Assembly: GCF_038025025.1 (NCBI RefSeq)
Contig: NW_027117348.1
Coordinates: 496,001 to 560,000, forward strand
Direction of reading: 5' to 3'
DNA from: Phyllosticta citribraziliensis
Taxonomy: Eukaryota
DNA length: 64,000 nucleotides
The notes under the pieces were generated by a model. It was not told where the DNA came from. It saw only the letters and a list, made by a program, of their open reading frames with translations, and ran no database searches. Both the position numbers and the translations under genes were made by a program. Of this stretch, positions 13,011 to 28,206 are shown in pieces (the stretch's first letter is position 1; each line of letters opens with the position of its first letter).

Positions 13011-13468
13011 TTTCTGGGTGCAACGTGGTTTTAGGGCGGGAGGTGTTTGCGGCTCTGCGAGAGGAGAAAGCTGTTTTCAGGAACGGGAACGGAACCGAAG
13101 AGGTATATCTGGGAAGTCGGTCGAAGGAGCAATAAGGGCGGATGGCGGCGGGTCGACGTGTGACGGCAAACGTCGGGCGTGGACGAGGGTGGCGGACCAG
13201 TCGAGGCCAGGCCGGGGTCACGATGGTTGGGGGTAGTGTGGGTAGTGTTGGAGGAGAAGTTGTGTGGCATGTGAAAGCGGGAGCGGGCAGATCGCCTGGG
13301 GCTGGGGCTGGGGCTGCTCCTCACAGGGTTCCGGCCGGTCCCGTGCTCCAATAACTACAGTACGCTGTGGGTATTGCTCTACCTGGTACCCAACTCCCGC
13401 CTCGCCCCCTAACAAAACAAACTTTTGCCATATCAGTCATCCTCTGCATATCCCCCGCATGCATTCCT

Positions 13469-15186
13469 TCAGTCCTGCGTCGGGACGAGCGTCGAACCAC
13501 TGCATCGTGTTAGTCTGCCGTGCGACGTGTGTGTGATGGGCGGGGAAGGGAACACTCACGCAACAATGTTGGCCCAGCCGATCAGACGCCAGTGCTTCTC
13601 TATCCTCCGGCTCAATGCAATCTTCTCGCCAATCGTCGTGCACGCAGGGCTGGTCAGCGTCAGACGAGCGGCGTCCGCCTTGACGGCCACCACCTTTGCG
13701 CCCGTTGCTGTGCTGCCAATGTTTACCATGAGAACCTCGTTCTTGGCGAGCTTGGCCACCTTGGCCTGCTTGCCATCCGCAGTCTTGACACCCAGCAGAC
13801 GGCGCAGCAGGAAGTAGTTGACCTCGAGCTCCGTGTAGATTTCGGGGAGGTGGCCGCGGAGACCAAGCACGAAGCCAACCAGACGGTCGGCACGGCAGAG
13901 GGTCGGGTCGACGCGGGTACCGACACCTGTTCGAGTCAGAGACCAAATCCGACTTGTATGGACAAAACTCACCAATCAATCCTCCAGGAACCGCAAACTT
14001 GAGGTCGTTGTGCTCAGCAAACAGCGACACGACCCTGCTGAAGATGGGCTTGGCCTGGATCTTGCCCTGCTCGTCCTTGGTGACGATACCGGGCCTGATT
14101 TCAATCTCGTCGCCCAGCTTGAGCACACCCGTGAGAATCGAGCCACCGGCAACACCGCCCTTCAGGTCCTCAATCTCGGCACCCGGCTTGTTGACGTCGA
14201 ACGAACGAATGACAATCATGTGAGGCTTGGCCGTAAAGTCGCGCATGGGCACGGGAATCTTGGTCACCAGGTACTCGTTGATGGCGTCAATGTTGAACTT
14301 GAGCTGCGCGGAAATGGGGATGATCGGAGAGCCGTCGGCGACGGTGCCGCGGATGAACTTGAGGATCGACTGGTAGTGCTGCTCGGCGCCCTCCTCCCTC
14401 ATCAAGTCGACCTTGTTCTGGAGGATGATGATGTGCTTGAGCTTCATGATTTCAATGGCAGCCAGGTGCTCCGACGTCTGGGGTTGAGGGCACGTTTCTA
14501 CACGCGTCAGCTATGCACCTCTTACATAGAGATTGCCATACCGTTTCCTGCAATCAGGAGCAGGGCAGCGTCCATGACTGCGGCACCAGAAAGCATGGTG
14601 CTCATGAGAATGTCGTGACCAGGGCAGTCGACGAACCTATCCCGTCAGCTTCATCCCCATTGCCCAATTCATCCACTCACGAGACGTGTCTGAGCAGCCT
14701 GTATTTGCCAGAGCAGCCATCGCGCTCACACGGCGGGTCGACCTCCTTCTCGCTCTTGAAGCTCCGGTAGCACGTCGGCCGCGGGCACTCGTCATTGTCA
14801 CACTTGTAAATCTTCGCATTGGCGTATCCCAGCTTGATGGTGATGTTGCGCTCGAGCTCGTTCTTGAAGCGGACCGTCTGGACGCCCGAGATGGCCTTGA
14901 CGACGGTCGACTTGCCGTGTGCGACGTGACCGATGGTACCAATGTTGATTGTGGCCTGGCGCGCAATGATGTAGTCGGTGAGGGGGTTCAGCGAGTCGAC
15001 GTCGAGGTCCTTGGGCTCTGGCTGAGGAGGAAGCTCCGGGCGCTGAATGGCGGGCGCAGCGGGCACCGGAGCCGACCTCTTGAGTGCCGACTTGGGCTTC
15101 TTGTCCTGCTGCTCCGTTTGTTCTTCGACCTCAGACCCGTGCTCTTGCAGCGTTTCGTCGTGCTGAACGTCCGAGTCCGACTCCAT
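13469..15186 (-). CDS. GCD11: Translation initiation factor eIF2 gamma subunit, multi-exon
   Basis: [20 protein letters not shown]-loop, [46 protein letters not shown]. Confidence 0.97.
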
Positions 15187-15604
15187 GATTGCGGTTTGCG
15201 AGATCTTGAGGGCGGGAGAGATGCGGGGTGGTGCCGAGGTAGACGAGTTGTGGAGGTGGTGGTGTTGGTATTGTTGCTGCACAAAGTCAGAGTCACATTG
15301 CCGGAATTTCCCAGAGGCCCAAGCTCGGTGCAAAAAGTCCGCCACACCACACGACGCCACGAATCATCACACTCACTGCAATAGAATAAATGCCAAGACG
15401 GCTGCCACATGAATTTCTACGACCTACGCACCTTTTGACCAACGCCTGCACTCAAGCATGCACCGCAAGCAAGCCAACCCGGCCATGTATTTGCAGCAGA
15501 TTGAAAGAAATGAGTTGGTGACGGGTATACAACGAGAATCAGCCCAAGTGCCACCCCAAGAACTAAACAAGCACCAATCCAAGCAAAGAGATCCAACAGC
15601 CGAA

Positions 15605-18241
15605 TTACGTGGCGACGGTCGTGGGACTATGTGGGGCTTCTTCCGAGAGAGAAATCTCGGGCGGCTCCTCGACAAGATATGTACCTGGTTCCAACACGGG
15701 CGAAAACGTCTCCACCTCTTCGACATCTTCCAATTCGTCCTCGTCCTCCTCTTGGATAATCATTTCGCCGCTGCGTCTGCCTTGAACGCTGCTCGTCCGG
15801 CTGCCGCTGGCATCTCTGCCCCTGGAACCATTGGGACTGCCGTGATGCATTCCCATGTTGAGGCCCGGACCTTTGAACGGGCTTCGTTTCCTTCTGGCAA
15901 ACAATACACCAGGTCCATGGAGAGGAAGACTCCCAAACGCAGCGTTGCCTTCGCTGTTTGCCGTCCCAGCTCCACGAACGAGTCGAATGTCCGAGGGAAA
16001 CGTGCTGCCTGTAGGCGTGTTGGGGAGGACCTTGACAGACTGGTGGGGACTCCGGCCGGTCCTGTTGGAAACAGATGGTGAACTAATAGAGGCAGAAGAT
16101 GTGGATGAAGTTTTGGAATGAGTATGTGCATGGTGAACGGTGCGGATGGATGACACGGAAGAAGAGGTGGATTTTCTGCTTTGCAGACCTGCCGAGGATC
16201 GGCGATACGAAGTCGAACGGGGTGTCATGGGAGACGGAGAGATGGATGTTCTTTTGTAAGAGCTACTGGACGCGCGTGTCGACACCCTGGGCCGTTGGGG
16301 ATATGTTGCGCGCGGCTGCGTGTCCGGACGAGGATGTGTCGAAGGCCTGACCGTGTTCGAGGTGGTGGGCGCTGAGGGCCTCCGTTCCTCGTCTGATTTG
16401 GTGAGCTTGCCTTGGTTTACTTTCGGAGACTTGCTATTTTTCGAACCTGGTGATTTGGACCTTGCGCGCTTGGCCGATTCCTTAAACCAATGCTTGAGAG
16501 ATGCAAGTTGTGCAAAAAACGGTTGCTGGTATTTCCTTCTCCTTTTTGGGACATATCCATTGGTGCTGAGAAGCTCCGGGTTGGTCGTGACCACATGCAA
16601 CATGCTACTCCTCCTGGACCTGGTGTATTCCTTTGGTGGAAGGTTTGGCCTGGTGCGAGATGAACTGACTCTGCGATCTTTTTCCGGAGGGAGGGGTTTT
16701 TGAGTGTTGGATGCTTCAGGGACGAGTGGTAGTTCGGGCGTGGCAGCTATACAGTTAGTCATTGTCGGCAGACGAGATTCAGTACTCACAAGTTGCGGAG
16801 ACGCCCCGATCCCTGTTCCGACCTCTACTCTTTGGAGGGTCTCCGAGAATTGGAACCGCCGATTCATCAACCTCTCGAATGGTGGGAGCAAGCCTGTCCA
16901 ATCTGCTACTTGCTCTACTTGCGGCACTGAGCCTCCGCAAGCTCTTTGCTTCGGCCTCGCGTTCCTTTCGCTTGCGCTCCCGCCTCTTTGCTTTGCGCTC
17001 CTCCTTTTCAATCAGCAGGGCCCACCAACCTGCCAAGCTGTCGCAGCGCTGAGCCAAGACGTTTTCGATTACTTGATCAATGTCGACACCAGCACTCCGC
17101 ATGCGCTGCAAGGTTTCCTTCTCGAGATCCGTGGTGAACGGAGGCGGTTGTTGAAGCTTGAGAATCGCCTGTTGCTGTGGTGCGTGCTCGGAGAGCCAAG
17201 GATGTTGAAGAATTTCGGACAACGACGGCCGTAGTAGAGGTCGTTTCGACAAGAGCTTGACCACGAGCTCCTTGGCTGGCTCCTGCATGTGCTCCGGGCA
17301 TTTTGGCTCTTCCTTTAGAATCCTCATCTTGGTCGTGTTTTCGTCGTCGTCATCAAAAGGAAGCTCCCCGCACAGCAGTGCGTACAGGATGATGCCCAAA
17401 CTCCAGACGTCCACCTTTTCTCCCGCGTATTTTTCCCCTTTGAGCATTTCTGGCGCACTGTAGCATATTGTCCCACACCAAGTCTGCAAATAGTTTGACT
17501 TGCCCTCATACTCGCGGGTAAATCCAAAGTCGACCAGCTTGACGTTGCCGTGTTTATCCAGCAAAATGTTTTCCAGCTTCAGGTCCCGATGCACGCAGGA
17601 CTTGCTGTGGACGTAGGAGACGGCGCCGACGAGTTGGGTAAAGATGCGTTGGACCTTGGCCGATTCCATGGGCCCCGTTTCGAGAAGCTTGTTGTACAAT
17701 TCATCTCCTGTACTGCGTCAGCGACGCCCAATACGTCAAACACCACACTGACCAGGACAGTATTCCAGTGCAAGCCAAACAAGTGTTTCCGTCACGATGA
17801 CCTCATATAGCCGGGCAATGTGTGGATGCAGAAACTGCCGGTGGTGGTGAATCTCGCGGGCGAGGTTGGAATCGTTCTTGTCCGCCGATTTGAGGACAAC
17901 CTGGACGGTCAGCTGCGTTCCTGAATGTCGTGGCTAACCGACCTTGGACCCGTTGGTCAACTTGTGGTAGGCGAGGTAGACTTTTCCAAAAGATCCCTTT
18001 CCTATGAGCCGGCCGAGCTGGTAGTTGCCAACGGTGCGGAGGTCTTTGGAGGCGAATTCCCTAGAACTGATTAGAGCCACAAGACAAGACCAGAAACACT
18101 GTCTCACCCCAAGAGATCATTGTAGGAGTTGGTGAGCTAGAGACATCAGCGGAGGGCGCAACGGGGTTGGGCGGAAGGGGGGCGGACCTTGTTCCTCTGG
18201 GCTTGCAGCTCGGCCTGGCTTCTGACATTGACGGGGGGCAT
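15605..18241 (-). CDS. CAMK-group Ser/Thr protein kinase with long low-complexity C-terminus, multi-exon
   Basis: Several short 5' exons give IGKGSFGKV; then HRDLKLENILL, DFG, TWCGTICYSAPE, DVWSLG; intron near 16730-16788. Start at 18241 inferred from splicing. Confidence 0.9.
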
Positions 18242-18924
18242 AAGTCGCGATACTTTCGAGTTGATCCAACGTCAAGTGAGCGGCATGAGCCCTGTGGGTA
18301 TTGGGCGCGTTAGGATGCGCGTTGTCGAGGCAGAGCTGGACTGGAGCTGGCGGAGGGGGGGCGTCTCAGAAACGCGGCAAAACGAAATGGCGGCTAGGAT
18401 GGTGTGGCGGTGCCTGGCGGGCGGAGCGTGTTCCTGAGAGGAGGGCGAGAGGACGGCCGGGGAGGTGTAGAAGTAGAGTATACATTAGCTACACAGTAGA
18501 ATCTCCTGAGCCGTGGCCATCGTCACTCGACGCAGCTGCAATTGGCCGTGCCCTCGCCATCCTGGTCGCACATCACAGCAATCCATACGCCCTTGGGCAT
18601 CGCGCCCACCACGACGCCGGGTCGACCACCCTGCCGCCTCTGGCTAGCCCACGACTGACAGCTCCCTGACGGCCTCCCTTTGCTCCCGCTTTCCCCGTCG
18701 CCGTCACACAAGGCCTGTCACCCGGGTTGAAATAAAAAGTCAATTGATAGTACAATCCCCACCCATCCTCTACTGCTAATTTGTAGGTAATGCACGAAAC
18801 AAAGGAAAAAAGACGCTCGTGTCTTGTCTTGTGCTGTACAACCAGACGTTTCACTTCGGTGCCTAGACTATGACCGTATCTTGGCTCTAGGTGCCCTCCA
18901 TTCCCTTCGATCTCGACCGATAAC

Positions 18925-20240
18925 TCATTGCTTCGCACCGGGGCGGGGCGCGGCCGGCCTGCTCGAGGTAATCGGCGGGTTGTAGACAATCTGCCTGGTC
19001 TTGATCGTGGCCCACTTGTATCTGTTTTTCCGTCAGCACTCGCTCGTCGCTCTTTTGGTTCGACATACTTCTTGACCCAGATGCTCAGCGCCATGAGGAC
19101 GCTAGAAATGGCCAGCACCTTCCATCCCATCTTCTTGCGCTCGTCCATCTCGGGCTCGGCAGCCCAGTTGAGGAACTCGACAACGTCCTTGGCCATTTGC
19201 GACGTCGTGGCAGGCGTGCCGTCGTCGTACTCGACGAGGCCGTCGTACAGGACACGAGCCATGGCAATACCGGTACCGGGGAAGTAGGGGTTGAAGTTGA
19301 GACCAGATTGGACGACGGCGCCTGCAGGAGGGTCCTCGGGGTAACCGGTGAGCAAGCTGAAGATGTAGTTGCAGCCACCGTGGCGACCCTTGACAATCAA
19401 GCTTAGGTCCGGGGGCAGAGCACCGTTGTTGGCGGCACGGCCGGCCTCGTCGTTCTTGTAGGGAGAGGGGAGGTAGTCGGAGAGCTTTCCGGGGCGCTTC
19501 TCGATTTCACCCTCGTCGTTGGGCTCCGTGTCGTACTCGTTCTCCTCGGCGAGGGCCTTGGCCTCATCGACCGTCATCATGTTGCCGACGAGAGTACGGT
19601 AGGGGACACGGGAGAGCGAGTGGCAGGAAGCGCAAACTTCGCGGTAGACTTGGAAACCGCGGCGAAGACTGGTCAAAATCAGCCCGAGACCCACATCTCG
19701 AAAACATGGTACTTACGCCTGGTGGTCAAAAGTCTTGGACCACTTCTCGTGCTCCCAGGGATATTGAGTAGCGTGAAGACTGTCCGAGTTGAACCGTCAA
19801 TGACTGGCCCTCCAAAAAGCGGCGCGCTGGATGGTTGAGCTGGCCCCTGTGCCGGACCGCCAAAGCCCATACACCGTCCGTCCAGTGGTATGCGAAACTC
19901 ACCCCTCTTCCGCCGGAGTCATGGCGTGAACATTGCGACCGTAGAGATGGTAGTACCAGCCAATCGAGCCGATGGCAACGGCCGTGGCGGCAGACGCGGC
20001 AAAGGTAGACTTCCAGGTCGCGGCCTCCTCAGCGGGTCCGTTGGCGGTGGAGGCGGAGCGCTAGAGAGACCAAGTCAGCCAGCTGTCCCAGTGCGAGCCA
20101 TTGAGGTCGATGGCAACGATGGTGGGCGTCGTCTTGGTTGATGGAATGGGAGTTGACCGTACCGTGCCTATCCTGCTGGCCGAGGAGCGAGCAGAGGCGC
20201 CGAGGGAGCGTGCCGAACGGAGGCTTGACCTTGCCAACAT
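18925..20240 (-). CDS. CYT1: Cytochrome c1, mitochondrial, multi-exon
   Basis: Presequence [29 protein letters not shown] (CxxCH heme motif), [39 protein letters not shown]. Confidence 0.97.
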
Positions 20241-21245
20241 GATGATGTGAAGCTGGCGGCGCGCCGGCGACGGATTTGCAGGTAGAGGGGAGAAGCAATG
20301 GGTGGTGTTGGCTCGCGGATATCGGAGCTGCAACAAGTTGAAGGCGGATCAGAGGAAAAGAACGCTCCTGCGCCCTCGGCCAATGAGAATCGTGCTGACA
20401 GCCCGAGCCTATTTCGTTCCCGTTGGATCGATACGTCAACACCAGCGCACCCTTTTCGTCGCACTCACACTTCGGTCTTGCTCGGAAAAGAGTCCGCCAT
20501 CTATTTCGTCGTCGCTCGCCGTCGGCGCTGGCTTGCCACGCTTCATTCATCACGACCGGCACTCCGACGCATCCCCAGGCTCGCCGGCTTCACGGTATAG
20601 CGCCCCGACCGACTCCCGGGCACCACATGATCCTTGACCTCGAGGTAGTCAAGACCCTGCATGACAAGCGTGGCGATGGCAAACGAAACACCAAGTCGCC
20701 GTATCAGTCTCCCGTCGCCCTTTTCGCGATGGCTCGCCTACGCCGCCCGTTTGGGCAATTCTACTTCTTCACAGCCCTAGCGACCCACTCTTCTAATATC
20801 GCCACTCCAATTGGTGTGCCATCTACAGCGTGTCGATGAACACCGTTTCAGAATGTCATCTCTGTCGACATGGGGTGATGATGTCGCAGATCAAAACGTC
20901 ACTTCTGGGGAGCCTTCTTTTGACCTTCTTCCAAACTTCCATGGCTCGATATCACCTGTTCAATATCCCTTGTCCTTTCTTTATGATGGTGCTACTTTTC
21001 TCTTCTTTCTTCAAAGTGCGAAGACTGCGATTTCCTTTGTTCCTGGTCTAACAAAGCCTCAACCAGAATAGATCACAAAGCCTGGAGACAAGCAGACAAA
21101 GCCTTTTGTTAGAGTCTCATGACTACATCCACCTTGTTATATATCTACTCGACGATTGCTCTGAATGTCTCCCAAAACCTCGCTGAGCGAAAACCCTGCC
21201 AGACAGGTCATCTATACACCCAAGGAACACCAAGGAACCACAACC

Positions 21246-21845
21246 ATGCACATCCCCCTCACCCTCACGCTCCTCACAACCCTCGGCCTCGTCACCGCGA
21301 CGGCTCCATCCTCCTCAGCCCACCCTGTCCATCCCCTAAACCCCCTCGCCGTCAACCTTTCCTTCCCCCTTGCCCGCCGCGCAGAACCAGCATCAGAGCC
21401 AGACTCTGAGCCCACAACCACCAGGAAGCCCATCCGCACCACCCACTCAACAGTCACTGCCACGGGAAGCCATCCAGGTACATCCAACAAGACCAGCAGC
21501 GCCCCAGCTCACCCCACCGCCACCGCTACGTCCACACTTCAGAAGACAAGTACTCCTAGTGTTAGCAACACCACCACGACGTCGCACTCAAAGAAGCCTG
21601 CGTCGTCGGCGGCAAAGATCACACCGTCTACGCCATCATCGACCTCGTCGACCTTCTCAAAGGGTAAGCATTGCCCATACCCGTATCCGGGCGAGCGGTG
21701 CCACGCGCCCAGGACTACGGTGGCGTCTGCGTCTGGCAAGATCACATCTGGGGCGAAGACGACGGCGGTGACTGCGACCAGCAAGGCCAAGGCGACGGCA
21801 ACGGGGAAGAGTTCGGACTGTCCGTACCCTGGGCAGGACTGCTGA
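21246..21845 (+). CDS. Putative secreted Ser/Thr-rich protein with two CPYP-containing cysteine pairs
   Basis: Signal-peptide-like MHIPLTLTLLTTLGLVTA; S/T/K-rich body; CPYPYPGERC and CPYPGQDC motifs. Confidence 0.7.
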   Translation: MHIPLTLTLLTTLGLVTATAPSSSAHPVHPLNPLAVNLSFPLARRAEPASEPDSEPTTTRKPIRTTHSTVTATGSHPGTSNKTSSAPAHPTATATSTLQKTSTPSVSNTTTTSHSKKPASSAAKITPSTPSSTSSTFSKGKHCPYPYPGERCHAPRTTVASASGKITSGAKTTAVTATSKAKATATGKSSDCPYPGQDC

Positions 21846-21986
21846 GCGTGTTCGTGTGGTTATTGTGGTAGCGTAGAAGAGAGACAGCAGAATTCAAAAT
21901 CCGTGTCCATCCCTATTGATTGAACATTACCATGCTAAGCTACTGTACAGCGAGCGCCAGCGCCCTGATTTTCCCCGCGAGATATC

Positions 21987-23092
21987 TCAAATTACAGGGA
22001 CAAAGTCCTCCGCACAATGCTCCAGGAGCTGCTTCTGAGAGGTCATGGCCGTTTTGGCGTATTCATGCATGTCGTAATCCCTGCCCTTGCCGTCTGGGCC
22101 GCCGTCAAACACTTCGTACGAGAACCAGCCTCTGAAGCCCGTCTTCAAGACTGCCTTGGCCACGTCCACAATGGGGAGATATCCGCCCCGGAAGGGAAGG
22201 GGTCTAAAGTCGTGGCTCCATCGTCCGCGCGGACGCATGCCGCTCTCGTCCTCGTCTTTGCTGAATGGCTCCTTGGGCTTGTATGCATCTGAGATTTGCA
22301 GCAGGTATATCTTGTCCGCGGGGATCGTCTCGCTGAGCTCGCGCATGCTACGGTGAAACTTGGCGAGCAACTCCTCCTTGGTGTAGCCTTCGACCAAGCC
22401 AGAGCGCGTCGTGGGGTCGCCCCATTCGCCGCCAGCGGTTTGAAAGGTATCGAGACAAAGACCGACATTTGACCTGTCGACCAACCGCACAATATCCCAA
22501 ACGTCTTTCCAGTCCGGCGCGTGTGTCGACCAACACCAGTTTTCGTATGCAAGGCGGAAGCCGGATTGCGAGAGAAGGGAGGCAAGTTCGCGGAGGTCTT
22601 CGACGAAGCGGACGCGGTCGTGGCCAATCTTGGAGGCCGGGCTGTCTGACGATCCCACCTGCGCTGGTCAGCGGTGCTCATGGAGGATGTGATAGTACTC
22701 ACCTGTAGCAAGTCCGTCCCGCACGCTTGCATGATCCTGATCCAGCCATTTGCGCGTTCGAATGCGTCTCGTCTCTCTGGTGAGCCTTCGGGCCAGCCCT
22801 CAAAGTTGGCAAATGGCTGCAGCATCATGACCTTGAGGCCTTTTGCGTCCGTCTGCGACTTGATTGTTTTGGCGGCGGTACAGAGGTCATCCCAATCCTT
22901 TGGCCCAACCTCTTTTTTCAAAAACTCGGAAGCAAAGGCCAAGACGTCTGGCATGGACAGCTCGATGCCGGTGAAGCCCGCGCTGGCAATGGCGTCCAGC
23001 TTCTTGGGGAGCGTGTGCTCTGGCTTGCAGCCAATGGAGCAGGTGGCGTAGGAAACGGGAATGTCCTGTAGGGTATCAATTGAAAGAGTCAT
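21987..23092 (-). CDS. Xylose-isomerase-like TIM-barrel enzyme, probably 3-dehydroshikimate dehydratase (qa-4/QutC-like)
   Basis: Intron ~22702-22659; KKLDAIASAGFTGIEL, LQPFANFEGWP, LAYENWCWSTH, VGLCLDTFQ, LQISDA, GFRGWFSYEVF. The fold family is fairly secure; the substrate is inferred. Confidence 0.7.
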
Positions 23093-23594
23093 GTTGGCTT
23101 CGTGAGATGTAGTTGTTGTGGCATTGAACGGATGTCAGCTTGATAAGGTCTTGAGCGAGCCTCCGTTCATCATGAGTTCATAGGTAGATTGCCATCCAAA
23201 CAGTGACGTAAGGCATCGAAACATCGAGGGGAAGCGGCAACCGTGCGGAGTACATCACGACCTGACGGCGGGGATTCCAGATTCCACTCGACGCGGGGCT
23301 TGAGGCTCCGCCGTCAGCAGACCGTCTCGACGAATGTTGGATTGAGAGGAGTCTCTTCCATGGGATGACGGAGACGAGTCGTCGTGACAAAAGAAGAGCG
23401 CCGGGTTGGTAGAGGGGCGACAGGGATTGGCGTGGGCTGAGCTGACATGCCACTTTTTGACAACCCACTGTGCGTCCGTGCGCACAGTTACTCATACCTT
23501 TGAGTCGAGATCCGTTTGCACTCTTCCTCCTCCTCACAAAGAACTCTCTTCTCGCCAGATACCCTTCCCCTCTTCTCTTCTCTTCTCTTCTTGA

Positions 23595-24853
<1,259 letters not shown>

Positions 24854-27800
24854 ATGCTACGAGCAGGCTGAAAATCGGATTACGGTTACTCAAAAAATTC
24901 TGGTCGGAAAACAAACTGGCGTTGGTGGTGAATAAAACGGTATGGCCACGGCTGCATGCGGCGGTGCAGGCAGTACTCGATGAATGAACATAATTAGATA
25001 CGTGATCCATTCCCCGCGTTGCTGTGTCACTGATTTGCAACAAGTGGTCGCACAGCTTTGACGGTATCAGAAATTTCTACCCCGCTGATGAAAAGCTATT
25101 GTGGTACAAATACGTGGAGGCCAAGGTCCTATCTTTGACCTTGTTCGTTTCGGGAAGATGGCGATGCCAAATGTCTCAGCCCGACGGGTTTCTTTCACAT
25201 AAACGAATGGCTGCCACTTTTAGACCACGCACACCATCGCCGGAGTCTCGACGATAGTCAGTCCATGGAAGGCATCGGACGTCACGAGCCGGGCGATATG
25301 CACGCTCGGGAGACTGCTATGCACCCCCATTGCCATGCTTTTCCCTGATTGGGGATGAATGCGCGAGCTAATCGCTGCCGACTGAAACAACACACCGGAG
25401 AGCCCGACCTCGAGTACCATTATCCCCAGTGGCGACTATACAGGATTGCCGGAGAGGCTGTGAGCAAGTCGCTGCGCCCAACTAGGGCATAGCCCCATGT
25501 GGCGCTGTACATGCAGTTGAAGGCTGGAAAAACTCCAACCCTAGGGTACACACTCGCGATCTTCGCTGCGGTCAACATCTTCATCCTTTTTATGCAGACG
25601 GCCCAAGATGCCAGTCGTATCTGCAGTCCCTAGAATCGCACCGCCACAGGTGATGGATCTTGCCGACCTTGATGCGGCTCCATGAAGCCCTCAATGCTGA
25701 CGTCTCCAGAGTTGTGCGAGCGTTGGTCAACGTCGTGTAGGTCGACTGCGACGTGCGTGTGCAAGGCCGACGCTGTACCATGTCCGGTCTTCAGCCCACA
25801 ATCCCAAAAACGGGGCGACCTCACATCGTCCTGCGCAATACTCCTTTATGCTTTGCACGCGTCCGCGCACACTCGGCTGCGTATGAAACCGTGATCGAAA
25901 CGCATGGAGTTGAAGAGTCACGACATGTCGGGAGCCTGCAGGTTCACGCTGCCCGTCTGGCTCACCGCAAAATCTTTTCGAGTCAATTGGTTTGGAAGAG
26001 CCGCATCTCTCCATGAGAACACCTGACCGAGCCATTGCGAATCCGAATCCATTACAGCCCTTGTCCGGCTGAGCAGACTGCAGCATGCCTAACCAGGCCG
26101 GCGATTGGGTCGACGAATCAGGTATCTCTCTGAGCTCCAACCTGCAGTCAACTGCTGACGTTTGCGGCTCCAAAGAATATTGTTGCTCATTGGCTACCAG
26201 CTGCATCCTTTCATCATTGATTGGACTGAATATCCGTTTTGTGCCCCTCGGTTGCTACCCTGATACCCCTCGTCTGGCCGCGTCATGCCCTCAGACACCT
26301 GAAGAGATCTTCCTACCCATACACCTTATGATGCGACTACGAAATACTACTTTGATGTAGGCTCATGCACCCTGTATGCGGCGGGAATATCCGTCAAAGC
26401 AGATCAAAGTTGAATTGGTTGGAAGCGGAAGGAAATTCAAGCAACGTCCAGCTTGCATCGGGACATATCTCTCGATACGAAATGTGCTCTTGGTTATCCG
26501 AACCTCTTCTCCCCCACCAGCACCTTCCGCGATAGGAATTCCAAACTCCGACAGACGCCCTACAGACCAAGTACAATCCCAAGCCAAGTGCTTACGCCCA
26601 TGCAGGTTGCAGCTCATGACGGACCAACAGTCGCAACAAGCTGTTGTGGCTTAACAACTGTGAGTTGGCTGCAGCCGCATTCCCTGAAAATAAGCAAAAA
26701 CAGCTTGAACATTTCGGATTCGGAAATTCCGCTGCAATGGCGCTCTTCGACCGCCACTTGCATGTCGGCGTCCCTCTCGGTCACCTGGTCGGTCTACGTG
26801 AAGTGGTGTGTAGTCTGGCTTTCTCCTCGACGCCATGTCAAGTTTAATCGAGATTTGCGGTGCAAGTGTTGTGGTCCTAGTACGAAGCCTCCAGGTAGAC
26901 AGAAAGTTCCTGTTACATGATTGGCCTGGTTTTGGCCCTGATGACGGTCCAGCAAGCGGCTGCAGGGCAAGCCACCAGACATGGGTGTTCGAGCTGACCA
27001 TGATGTTTCTGCAGGACGCACGTAATAATCCATCCAAATCGGCGGGCTCTGATGAAGCGGTCGAGAAGTGGAAAGATGAATTCGTCTTCGAAGCGCGACG
27101 ACGACGGCCATCCGCAAAGCAAAGGCTGTGTCAACGCATTGGCGTCGTAACTGAATTGCGCGAATGCGCAATGCAATCACCAACGGACCGCAGTCAAGCC
27201 AAGAATCCGAGAGGTTATCATTACACGACAGTCATGCGAGGCGGGGAAGCCAGTCGGGCGCATGCCCTCTCGCCCAGCACAGCCTTCTCTCGACTTTGCA
27301 GACAAAAGACATGGGCGGTCTGGATGATCGACAGGGCTTCTTGATGGTTGCTGGCGTGCCCTGCCATTCTTCAAGGGCACCATACGTGGCCAACCACCTG
27401 GCCTGTGACGCAGTTCACAACCGGCCGAGCAGACCGGGGCTCAATCAGAATCCCAGCAGGGCGACATGCTTCCATGCGAACGGTATACCGCTGCGCTGAT
27501 CTCTTTTCCTCGACCGCCTTCGAACGGTGTAGAGATTGATACTCGACATGAGTGGTGTATAAAACATCGAGACTGCCAACGCACAGCATCTTGTACGACC
27601 ATGCATCGTCTGGCCGACTGGGAGAGGCGTTGTGGTCGCATCCTGCTGCCTTGTCCCGTTCCTATCATCCCAATGGCAGCGAAAATGGCCAACCAGCCTC
27701 ACCACACCAGACAACTACGGAGTCGAAGTGCGAACCTTTTGCCTAGTCCTGTTCCTGACCGTCATCCAGTGGCGTATCACCTTTTCCATGGAGCTGCACG

Positions 27801-28206
27801 TCTAACTGGCAACACGAGGACCAAGTCTGCGTCTACGACTTACCCGAATCTTACTTATGCTCCCAAAGGTCCGCCCTTGGATTTGTCTCTCCCTGCGCCC
27901 ACGTTTTTGCATCTACCTCTGTCGGCATCTCCGCTTACATCAGCTTTGAAGTCGTACCAACAACAGAATTGCCTAATCCCCGCCCGCAAAAGCCCAAAGT
28001 CTAACCGGACCGTGTCTCATACAAAAAGTCGACCTTTCCTGGAGTGCCAGTACCGGAGGTCAGAAAGCAACGACTTGGACGCCTTTCATCCTATGCGCTG
28101 TCTGGTATTTTTCCCAAGCACCTCGGTCACCCGGTTGACTCAGTTGGTGGCTCCAGTCCACCACCGATGGGAGTTTTGGGATCCGTACCGACACCAGATT
28201 TTCTAA

